A stretch of 63,987 nt of DNA, counting the filler, from Folioceros fuciformis (lineage: Eukaryota), in NCBI GenBank assembly GCA_049999805.1. It is 7 parts of 7 records of this genome, joined end to end, with 100 filler letters (N's around TTAATTAATTAA, not from the genome) between each part and the next. Parts side by side here need not be neighbours in the genome. Positions count along the whole stretch, not along the records: positions 22,372 to 43,777 come from JBNGIO010005327.1; 6 more parts are not named here. The stretch is one strand, 5' to 3'. This document shows, piece by piece, positions 24,107-38,218 of this stretch. The notes below the pieces were generated by a model. It was not told the DNA's origin. It worked only from the letters and a program-made list of their open reading frames with translations, and did no database searches. A program made the translations under genes and the position numbers. Numbering within the stretch: position 1 is the stretch's first letter; each line of letters opens with the position of its first letter.

Positions 24107-26527
24107 TCATCTCTGCTGCGTGCCACTGGCGTCACTTTCAGAACAGCAGAAAGCAGGCGGGATCTGCCCACAGACATAGTTCGTGAACAGCTTGTTCACG
24201 TCGAAGCCATTGAAGCAGCTCCCCGCTGACTTGGTGTAGGCACCCATTCTGGGAAATATCAGCCAGTCGCCACACTGCAACTGTGGCAGCCACACATTTC
24301 TCATGACAGTGTCCAAGCCATCACAGGTTGGACCGAAGACGGTGGACTGATAGAGCTGCTCATCCTCCCAGCACGAGTCGGTATCTGCGTCTTGTTGTGA
24401 ACGGAGGGGAAGAGACCGCACAGACAAGACTGCGTGGTCGTACACCAAACAATTCATGGATCCGTAGACACCGTCATTGATCCAGTACTCTGGAGTCTTG
24501 ATCCCTCCCTTCACCCGCACCCTGCTCCCGAAAATATGCGTGGCCAGAGTGAAGGCTTCTTCGGCAAAGAAGCGGCCGGGCTCTGCGATGACGGACACGC
24601 CCATAAAGTGAGGAAAGTGCCTGTCCAGAGCCTGATTGATTGCTGCAGCAGCCGCGTTGAAGCTGACACCGATGCCTCCATCCGAAACGAAGCCACCACC
24701 AATGTCGAGCACTTTGAGAGGAGGCATCCCCAAGTCTCCAGCGGCGTCGAACACCCGTCTTGCAGACTGGATTCCATCCGCAAACGAGCTAGCCTCCGAT
24801 GCACCGCTACCCACGTGGAACGCAACACCCACTACCGTGTTGCTAGCCACGTCAACTCCTGCACCCAGGCTGACTAGCAAGGACATAAGGCAAGGGTCCT
24901 GGTTGCACTTGACAGCATAGAAAGGCTGCACTCTGGGCAAGGCAGCCTGCCACTCCGACCACAGCCTCAAAACCACCGCAATATCAAGCACGTAGAAGGC
25001 ATCCTCCGCTGCCGAAGCCAAGACCTTCTTCCGGATGTACGAGTCCACATCAGAGGAGGAGTTGAGCATGCACGGGTTCACTGCAGACAAGAGCGTGCTC
25101 AGACGAGGAGGACGCTGCAGGCCGTGCACATGACTGTCCTGGTGCTGGACCATCTTCACACAGAGAGTCTCGTTACCACGATGACTGGTGGTATCCAGCT
25201 TCATAGCCTTGGCCTGCGCGCTCGAGGAATCGGTACCGGTGTTGGCTCCCACCACTTGCCCAAACAGGGGCAGCGGACACACAGCAGAGCTCCATAGGCC
25301 GGCAATCTTGTAAGTGTGGAAGATGATTGCACTGTTGCTCCTCAGCTCCTGCCTACTCGTGGACTCACATGCATAGCCCTGAGGACAAATGGGCTGGTTC
25401 CACGAACAGCTCGCCATATCCTGGGTGGTGCCCCCGGTGACAAAGAGGGCGACAGAGAATTCCTGTGGCTTGAAGACAGCCACAGCCTTAGCTACAAGGC
25501 TGTGCAAGTCCGTGGTGTTGGGGCCGTAGCCCATAGCCTCGTATGAGGCATAAGACCATCCCTCCTCAGGTGAGATGTGTATGGTTGAGTGCGCTCCTGG
25601 ACCCGAGCCAGCATGGGCACTGAAACTTTCCATCGCATTCATGCTATACCCCACAGGATCAAAAGCGAAGTCACAGATTGCAGCCCGTGGGTTGATATCC
25701 GCAATCCCCGACGCCCGGCTCATCTCGGCTGCCGTGGGATACACGGACTTTTGGAACTGCTCGGCGCAGCGCCTGTCGAGGTTGGTCATACAGCACTCCA
25801 AGGTGTAGACAGAGTCAGGTTGGCTGGCGGGAGGAGGTCCTGGATGAGGAGCGGAGACGTGGTCATCAAGGTGAGGTCGCGGCTGAGCCTGTGCGCAGTA
25901 GACATGCCAGTTGTGAGGCTTGCATGGATCTCCCATGACATAGGCCTGCCCCCCTGCACCCAGCCCCCCGAAGCACTTGTCCAGGAACGTCACCTCCTCC
26001 GCAAAACTTGTATGCGGAAACGGCTGCACCTCGGGGAAGAGGTAGGTGCCGCGAGTGTACTTGACCCGGTAAGTCTTCAATCCCAGGCGAGCTGCGTGGG
26101 CCAGCAGCAGCGGAATGGCCCGCAGCAGCTGCGTCGTCCCGCAGGTCTTGATCACCAGCCTGTGCGGGTAGACGAAGAGGGAACTTTCGCTGAGCACATA
26201 GCTGTCCACCCAGGTGGTGCTCAGGCCCGTGACAATTGTGCATTCCGCCGCTTTGAGCAGCTTGTTCAAATCGTCCCGGGAGAGCGCCCGCAGCCCCAGC
26301 CCTTGGGGATCGGAGAAGAGAGGGGCCGGAAGGAATTCCACCTCCAGCCTCTTTTCGAAGCCTTCGAAGCCTGGAAGCGGCGGGGGGGGCGGGGCCGGGG
26401 ATGGCGCTTCCGCTGGCGCTGTTGCTCGTCCTCCTCGGTCCGTTGCGTCTGCTGCTGCTCCCGCCGCCACCATACCCGCCGCCGTGCGCGTGTCATCGGG
26501 AGCTTCCGGCACAAAAGACACCCCCAT
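24107..26527 (-). CDS. SAMDC-ODC: S-adenosylmethionine decarboxylase fused to an internally deleted ornithine-decarboxylase-like domain, 806 aa, intronless
   Basis: SAMDC half: GFEGFEKRLE, YVLSESSLFV (self-cleavage site E114/S115), KTCGTT, GYSMN, TIHISPE, SYASYE. ODC half: FYVLD, PFYAVKCN (K540), FHVGSG, LDIGGGF, AEPGRFFAE, INDGVYGS, FGPTCDGLD (C735), MGAYT. Start context is gccgccATGG, and there are no Ns or stops in the ORF. Confidence 0.95.
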   Translation of the reverse strand: MGVSFVPEAPDDTRTAAGMVAAGAAADATDRGGRATAPAEAPSPAPPPPPLPGFEGFEKRLEVEFLPAPLFSDPQGLGLRALSRDDLNKLLKAAECTIVTGLSTTWVDSYVLSESSLFVYPHRLVIKTCGTTQLLRAIPLLLAHAARLGLKTYRVKYTRGTYLFPEVQPFPHTSFAEEVTFLDKCFGGLGAGGQAYVMGDPCKPHNWHVYCAQAQPRPHLDDHVSAPHPGPPPASQPDSVYTLECCMTNLDRRCAEQFQKSVYPTAAEMSRASGIADINPRAAICDFAFDPVGYSMNAMESFSAHAGSGPGAHSTIHISPEEGWSYASYEAMGYGPNTTDLHSLVAKAVAVFKPQEFSVALFVTGGTTQDMASCSWNQPICPQGYACESTSRQELRSNSAIIFHTYKIAGLWSSAVCPLPLFGQVVGANTGTDSSSAQAKAMKLDTTSHRGNETLCVKMVQHQDSHVHGLQRPPRLSTLLSAVNPCMLNSSSDVDSYIRKKVLASAAEDAFYVLDIAVVLRLWSEWQAALPRVQPFYAVKCNQDPCLMSLLVSLGAGVDVASNTVVGVAFHVGSGASEASSFADGIQSARRVFDAAGDLGMPPLKVLDIGGGFVSDGGIGVSFNAAAAAINQALDRHFPHFMGVSVIAEPGRFFAEEAFTLATHIFGSRVRVKGGIKTPEYWINDGVYGSMNCLVYDHAVLSVRSLPLRSQQDADTDSCWEDEQLYQSTVFGPTCDGLDTVMRNVWLPQLQCGDWLIFPRMGAYTKSAGSCFNGFDVNKLFTNYVCGQIPPAFCCSESDASGTQQR

Positions 26528-26647
26528 GGCGGCGGAGACCTATCCCTGCTACTCACACCAGTACCAACAACAACAACCCGGGAGTGTGGAGGCTGCCGGG
26601 CACCACCTAGACTGTAACACTAACTCCGGGGCCCTTCTTCAGCTCAA

Positions 26648-26683
<36 letters not shown>
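26648..26683 (+). repeat. (GACA)n microsatellite
   Basis: Read directly. Confidence 0.9.
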
Positions 26684-26783
26684 GAGACACAAAACGATGA
26701 CGGAATCCGGGGTTGTGCGGAGCGAGGATGGGACGAGGCCGCTTCCCAGGCAATGGAATTCAAGGAGCCGTCAGGTATAATAC

Positions 26784-26990
26784 GGCGAGGCGAGNNNNNN
26801 NNNNNNNNNNNNNNNNNNNNNNNNNNNNNNNNNNNNNNNNNNNNNNNNNNNNNNNNNNNNNNNNNNNNNNNNNNNNNNNNNNNNNNNNNNNNNNGGCGAG
26901 GCGAGGCGAGGCGAGGCCAGGCGAGGCGAGGCGAGGCGAGGCAAGGCAAGGCAAGGCAAGGCAAGGCAAGGCAAGGCAAGGCAAGGCAAG
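26784..26990 (+). repeat. Compound pentanucleotide microsatellite (GGCGA)n(GGCAA)n spanning an N gap, in the SAMDC-ODC 5' leader
   Basis: Read directly. Confidence 0.9.
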
Positions 26991-27068
26991 ACAAGTGAAG
27001 GGAAGGGAAGGCAGTAGGCCTGTAGAAATGGGCAGGTGACAGCTGGGGACGGTAAGCGATGTTGGATA

Positions 27069-27356
27069 TCAGGATGGCTTCCTCACGCACTGCGCACAAA
27101 AACAAACACGAGGGAACAAGTGTTAGAAGAGCGTTGCTTCCTTCCATGAGACAGCATGGCCGTGGAGTGAAAAGCTTTGGTCGCGATCTGGAGAGCGAAT
27201 CCCGCTCTGAAACTCCTCCTCCTCCCTCACCTTGCTGTAGGCTGCAGTCCGGAACTTGTCGACTCCCCCGTTGGGACGGACGTCCTCCGCGACGTAGCCA
27301 AGAGGAGTCTCGAATTGGCGCTTGCGTCCACGATTACCGCCTCTGCTCTCCCCCAT
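27069..27356 (-). CDS. Conserved SAMDC small uORF, 48 aa, two exons (27356-27231 and 27089-27069)
   Basis: Spliced product is MGESRGGNRGRKRQFETPLGYVAEDVRPNGGVDKFRTAAYSKCVRKPS*, using donor AAG/GTGAGG and acceptor TTTGTGCGCAG/. It matches the plant SAMDC leader peptide pattern EAPLGYxIEDVRPNGGIxKF...YSNCxxKPS. Confidence 0.95.
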
Positions 27357-27364
27357 TAGAACAT
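27356..27364 (-). promoter_or_regulatory. SAMDC tiny uORF (ATG TTC TAA) overlapping the small-uORF start by one base
   Basis: Minus strand reads ATGTTCTAATGGGG, the TAATG overlap typical of plant SAMDC leaders. Confidence 0.9.
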
Positions 27365-28635
27365 CCAGGCAGGACAGCTGGTACGCGGACATGGAGAGGT
27401 TGCAGCATGAGCACGACGATAGTCCGGGAGCGAGCAAGCCCTTGGTCTTGCCCTTGGGTAGCCTTGTGCTACGCTGTAGTATGCGCTATGCTTTGCTTTG
27501 CTTGGCGGTCCTTGGCGAGATGGCACGCGGGGCGGGCGGGCAGCAGGAAATGGGAGGTGGCGAGGCCAAGGCGATGCGGATAGCGATGCCGATGCCGGAG
27601 AAGGTGGAATTTTTAGGCGGAGAATGCGATCCGGTTTGCCCTAACGGCACGGGACGGGGTGGAGGGGCGGCAGGACACGGCAAGGCACTGGACGGCACGG
27701 GACGGGACGGTGTGAAGGGAAGGGAAGGGAAGGGAAGAGGCGAGGCGGTGAGGGGCGACACGACACGGCGTTGCGGGGACGGGAAGGAAGCGGCCAGTGG
27801 TGAGGGGCCCGGGAGAAGGGGAGGCGGGAGGGCGGGGCTGCGAGCGGCGAAAGAAAGTGTGCGAGCTGCCTAACACACCACACACCAACACACGACAGAC
27901 AGAGAGGAGAGGAGAGGAGAAATAAAGACGGAAGATGGCAGGCCCTATGGGATGTACAAGTAGTAGTGGCCCAGTGGCCGATTTGCTTTGCTTCGCTTCG
28001 CTTCAGCTGGCCTCCGCGCTCCCCCGTGGCTCGGATTCCAGAGCACCTTCCCAGGCCTGAGGTCCGGCAGCAGGACGCACGTCGGGCGCCACGTGAAGCC
28101 GGGTACTGAGGCATGGTCAACCGCATGATGGGGAGGCAGGACGGGGAGTGTGGTGGTGGTGGGCCCGCCTATGCCATCATCATGACTGGTAGTCATGATG
28201 GCACATGTTGGTGGTACACGTGCCCTGGGAAGCTGGGTCACCTGGGTCCCCTGAAACCGGGGGACCCATGCTTGCTGCTGCTGCTGATGCCCTCCTTCCA
28301 TCCCCCCCTCCCTCCCTCTCTCCCTCCCAGACTTGCTGCCTCCTGGACTCCTGGGGACACCACATCATGACGCGTCCGCCACGACTCGGGTGAGGCGGGC
28401 CCCACATCCCCCTGTTCCTCATTCGCCATTCGCCCATTTCTACCCGACGTACACACCACATACTTACTATATCTGCACTATGTACAGTAGATACTGGGCA
28501 TACTACAAATGGAAGGAAGGCACCCACCGGCTGGCGGACGCCGGTACTGGCTACCGGCTACCCGGATGCTCCCGGAGGCCCGACCAGCGCCGCGAATCTT
28601 CCTGTCATGATATGAGAGAAAGTTCGTTATAAACA

Positions 28636-28670
28636 CCAAGCCAAGCCAAGCCAAGCCAAGCCAAGCCAAG
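28636..28670 (+). repeat. (CCAAG)n microsatellite
   Basis: Read directly. Confidence 0.9.
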
Positions 28671-31600
28671 CAAAACATGCTGGCGCCACGCCCTTTGCCT
28701 TGGCTCCGCTCCTCCAGGCGCTCCAGGCCTCCAGGCCTCCGGGCCACCGGGCCTCCTGGCCTCCTGACCTCCGGGGCCCCAACCGCCATCCCACTTTCCC
28801 AACTTCTCCTTCCACTCTTCTTCTTACTTACCCTGCAGGCACTACACTTATACTACATTCCACTCGTATGTACAGTACAGTTTTTTCTACTCCCTATACC
28901 TGAATATACAAAAGAATATGTACATCATATATATTCTTTTTACATAACCTTTTCATTTTAAATTATATATAGAATATACAGTATATTCATATTATTTTAA
29001 TTAATAAAATCAATTATTCATAGAATAATATTTTATAATAATTTGATAATTATGGGTCTTAAGTTCCAAAAATCATATTAAAAAGAAAATTCTTCACAAT
29101 CCTAAGGGTTTAGGGTTTAGGATGTGTTTACTTTGTGTTTGTGAATATGCCATACCTATGGAATACCATATTATATATATATAATATGGTGGCGTGCAAC
29201 GTGGCCATGTGTGAGTGCTTGGGAGGGTGCGGGCCAGGGAGCCGGCGAGCAGGCGACTTTGCTGCGGGCCAAGTGAGCAAGGGAGCGGGCCTGTTTGATG
29301 CAGGCCAAGTGAGCAGGGGAGCGAGCACCCGAGGTCCAGAAAAAGGGAAAAGGCGGCGGCGGCAATGCGAAGGGGATTGCAAAATCCTGAAGCAGAGGAT
29401 GGCAGAGACTGCAACGGGAGGGGCAAGGAGCAATGTGAAGCCTATCAGCGGTGCTCCAGGTGTAAAACCCAAAATTGTGGGCGATGCTAACCACGCCGAC
29501 AACCTCGCCATTATGTTGTATGAGGGGAATGGCGGCACACCTGCACAGCTACCTGTACACCTGACCACGGGAGAGGCAATGGCGGAAGGAACCCTTCCCC
29601 CTTGCAAGAAGAGGCAGGTGTTGGTCCCGATTGCGAGTGACGTATTAACCGTAAACGAATCTTAAGACACTCTATCCAATGGGGACGAATCTTAAAAGAC
29701 ACTCTGTATGAACCGAAATGAAGAAAAGCGCTGTGTCCCTTTGGGTCCACAAAGAGGTTAAAGGTAGAGAAAAAAAATTGCTATACGGTGTGTAGGCAGG
29801 GTTGGTGATGTGGCGAGGTAGAGTAGAGGAATATTCCCTAGATATTACAGAATATTCACGTATAAAATATGTATTCCAACAAAAAAACATACATGAGTAT
29901 GTAGTCCTTGTTTGCATCGGTATTCCATACATACCATACCAGAAGGCATATATGTGTAGGTAACTTAGATTAGACTTTTGTTAGCTATCTCCCTAGTATG
30001 AACTTGTTATTCCTTGTTTGGCAACAATAAAGGCATCAAACTCACACCACACGTTGAATAGCTTTGGTGAGTACCTATCCAGGCAACTTGCAGTGGATTG
30101 GACATGGTAACACCTGGTGGGCGGAAGGTGGCTACCTATGGTATGTAGGACAAGTTGCATTAGATGTGGTACCTATGAATGCTTGCAGAGAACTAGAGCT
30201 TGGTGGTACTGGAGGAGCCAACTAAGACCCTATCCGGGAAGCAAATTGATAGGTATTTGATAGATTTTCTGAAACTACTGACTAAAGGCAGTCTTGTCCA
30301 TATGTGCCTTTAAATATGTAGATTCCCCAGCCAAGGAATGACAATACAATATCAATATTTTAAAGAGATGAATATTCTGGTGAGATTCAATACCTTGGGA
30401 CAAGGAGGGAGCTGGATGCTGGATGCATACTGACATGGATAAAAATAATGTTTGTCACACAAAGAAGCAGGAAGGAAGGAAGCAGGAAAGAGAGGAGGGC
30501 AGCTGTAACCAGATTAGATATTAGAGGCAGCTGCGAGGAATGGACAGAAGCGTCCAACAAAAAAGGTTTGGTGCGATCCATGGGATGTCCATGGATGAGA
30601 TACAAGACGTCACGGCACGTGAAACGAGAGCGCATGCACGGCCACGGCTACGGCTACGGCTACGGCGGCACGTCCCGAGGCGGAGGGTGTCCAGAGGGTC
30701 GGCAGGTTCGGGATCCGGGCCCGGCCCGGTCCGGTCCGATCCGGGGCCAGCGCAGGCCGGGCCAGGTCAGGCCAGGCCAGACCAGGCCAAGGCCAAGGCA
30801 GCGACTGCCGCGCTGGACTAGTGTAGGGCGGCCGGCGTGCTGGGCCGGCACGATTCTCCTTTTAATGGCAACAACTAACGGTACAGGTTGGGCACGTGCC
30901 GGCTGTACCCTCTGCGCCCTGCAGCGGATGATGATGCTCATGATGGATTGAGATGCCGCCATCCACGTGGTGCGGATACCCTACGACATTCAATGCTGGC
31001 GGGGGGCGGCCGTCAGCTGATCTGAACGCACGATCCCCACGCCATCAGGGAAACCCGGGAAACTCAGGCCCGACTCAGCCTCCTCCGTCCTCTGGCCACC
31101 TTGCATCGCACGATGTCCGGCTTCCAGGCGACGGGGATTTGAACCGTTGCACCATGCACACACAGTCACACAATACTCGCGCCTAGCACAGCCGTCCTTG
31201 GGCCACCTTGCTTCGCACGATGTCTGGCCTTCCAGCGAGGGGGACTTGATCGGTTGCACCACACACACACTCTACACATAACTCTAGCCTAGCACAGCAA
31301 AGCACCTCACAGCACACCACACAGCACACCACAGCACCACACAGCACAGCACAAACAGATACCACACCCGACCCCAGACAAGCCCTGTCACAGCCTACAG
31401 CACGCACACAACTGCAAGCACGCACTGTACAGCCTACAGCACGCCACAACTGCACAACACAACACAGGATCCTCACAGTCGCTGCCCACTGCCAGCGCCA
31501 ACGCTCGCGCCCCGCCAGAGCCCACATCTATTGCCATCTCTTTCTGTCAACCAATCCGGCAAGTCCTCTTGTCCACCAGTCTCCTGTTATGTCATGTAAT

Positions 31601-32542
31601 GCCCTTCATTTCCTGACCTCCTGCTCCGATTCCTGCTTCGGCAGCATCTGTCGTCTGCTACTTCACCCCGTCCTCTTCACCACAACCAGCAGCCTCTCAT
31701 CTTCTGATACTATCGTCAGTAATATCACAACTAACGTATGTACGTACTGTATGTACTTTTCCCCTCTGACAGGCTGCTTCTCTCGCCTCGCCTCGCCTCG
31801 CCTGCTAGCTGCCGGAAGGAAAAGCATTTTTACCCAGTCATGACTACATGACTCCCAGTCCCACCTCTGCTCTGAACATCTCCAGCTTCCACCCCGCGAT
31901 GCTCTGGTGCGCTAGCTACCATCTAACCCTCTTTCACACAGACTACAATGTGCAAGGTAATAAACGAGAGTTGATTTTCTTCTCCAGCTTATCCAGCAGT
32001 ACTTGCGTCTCTCGTAACACCATCGTGACACGCTACCTCTTTCTTCGTCCACGTCTTCACCACCCGTTCCCCGTCTGCCAGGCCCAGGGCACCCACCTGC
32101 TGGGCCACATTGCAGCCTATATTCAGTGCATATATATGAAGCGGGCCTTCTGTCTGCACCTTTTTGCCGAAGTCACTTGGTGGTGTATGTGTGCTTTCTG
32201 TACTGCGAGTGTGCGGCAGCAAGCATGGCCGCTCCAATCCCTGGTCCATCTCGTGACAACAGTACCACAGGGTTAAAGCCACGTGCAGTGCGGGCATATC
32301 AAATCCCGCAGCTATGACAAAAACAAGTTTTTCCATTTAATGCCAAGTGGAGGCCCAGCAAGGAGACAGAAGGTCCAAAAAGGACACAGCAAAAAGAAGG
32401 CAGGCACCCAGAAGAGCCCCGAGATACGCCCTAAGGACAGCAGACTAATTACAGTTCGGAGTCCCCTCTCACAAGTTTACTGCTCATCTATTTTACAGGC
32501 CCCGGAAGCAGTTACCGTGTATCTACAATCAAACATGCTGTC

Positions 32543-36790
<4,248 letters not shown>

Positions 36791-37541
36791 GCTGTGCAAA
36801 GCCCCGGGCTCGACCCCGGCGGGGATGGCAGGACGGACTTCAGCCCGGATTGGTTGGCAGCAGAGCGAGGATGCTCAGCGGAGCCTCATGGCGAGCCTCT
36901 GCTGCTCTTCTCCCTGGATCTGCCTTCCCTCCGCTGCTGAGTAGGAAAAATCCGTGGCTCCTTCTCCTGCTGCGATGCCAGATCTCCCGCTGCTCGCTCG
37001 AAATCCGTCGACGTGCGCGCGGGGGCCGTGTCAATCCTGGCGCACCCACGCGTAGGTCGGGGAGGGAAGCCGAGGTCGTGCTTCGGGGGGGCCGAGGCAG
37101 AAAAAGCATTAGATGAGCGTCCGGGTGATTATAAAGGATAAGGTGATGAAGGAGAATGAAGAGAGAAGCAGACCCAAAAGAATCGGATTAAAACGAACGT
37201 CGGAAGTGGCGGATGCCGTTCGTACCTCTTTTACAGCGTACAAAGCATGGGACACGAACTTGCCTCTTAAAACAAGAGCTTTCACGTCCCAATCATATAG
37301 CCACCGCCGAACAGGGTTCAACTTCCCTTTGTTCTCATCTCATGACTCAATCAGATGGAGATGGATACTTATGTACTTTAAAGTGTCTGTGCTCCCAAGC
37401 TCTTGGTTGGAGGATGGAGTGCAGTGGCAGGCACCTGGGCAGGAAGAGAGATGAGAGAGAAAGAGGGAGGGGGCAGAGAATGGAATCCAGGACGGCTATG
37501 GCGGCAGGTAGGAAGACGAAGGGATGGAGATGGTTGGGAGT

Positions 37542-38218
37542 TTAGGGAGCGGCAGGCGTGCACCAGAAGGCTAGGTGCTCGTCTCTACGAAGATTGCTGA
37601 CCAGCCCGCCACACTGGATGCATACAAAGCTGCTCCCATCCGCAGAAGCATCTTGGACCACCTGGAGTCTGCCGCTCTCTGCCAGAATCGGATGCTCCGA
37701 AGGAGGCACAGGCTGCGGATGAGCTTGAGGTGCTAGATCCATGGCCACGTCGNNNNNNNNNNNNNNNNNNNNNNNNNNNNNNNNNNNNNNNNNNNNNNNN
37801 NNNNNNNNNNNNNNNNNNNNNNNNNNNNNNNNNNNNNNNNNNNNNNNNNNNNCCCGGGCGCGGGCCAGGGCCTGCATCACTGCCTCCTCGCCACCTCTCG
37901 CTCGGAGGGCAGTGACAACCTGCACCAATGGCATGGCCCCGCGCACACAGTCAAATCAGCCCCGGGGATATTGCTTTGTTTGCTGCGTTCCTAATGAACA
38001 AAAAGAATTGGTGACTGCCGCTGCCGCAGCCGGAGCAGGATGCTGCTTCCTGGCCTGACCTAGGAAGCTGCGTGTGCCACAGTTGGCTCGGGATGTGGAA
38101 GACAACGTACGGCTTTGAGAGCAAGCGACGGCTTGCCTTCGTTAATCTGTTGTCGAGCCACGGCTAGCAGAGCCGCGATGCCTTCAGAGCTCACTGCATC
38201 TCCTCTCGGTTCCGCCAT
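37542..38218 (-). CDS. Conserved plant protein of unknown function with a C-terminal C2HC zinc finger; exons 38218-38111 and 37919-37542 (N gap inside)
   Basis: Spliced [43 protein letters not shown]...[43 protein letters not shown], with an in-phase GT-AG intron. The start codon is tentative. Confidence 0.75.

Noticed and set aside
24830-24850. Missing ODC segment explained by an intron or sequencing gap
   Set aside because: Sequence is absent rather than extra, there are no Ns, and the frame is continuous. Only a read-level misassembly remains possible.
25589-26617. 342-aa plus-strand ORF and many similar GC-rich ORFs
   Set aside because: Antisense shadows of real genes or low-complexity frames with no recognisable motifs.
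29100-29121. TTTAGGG telomere-like repeats
   Set aside because: Only two to three copies at an internal position, not a telomere.
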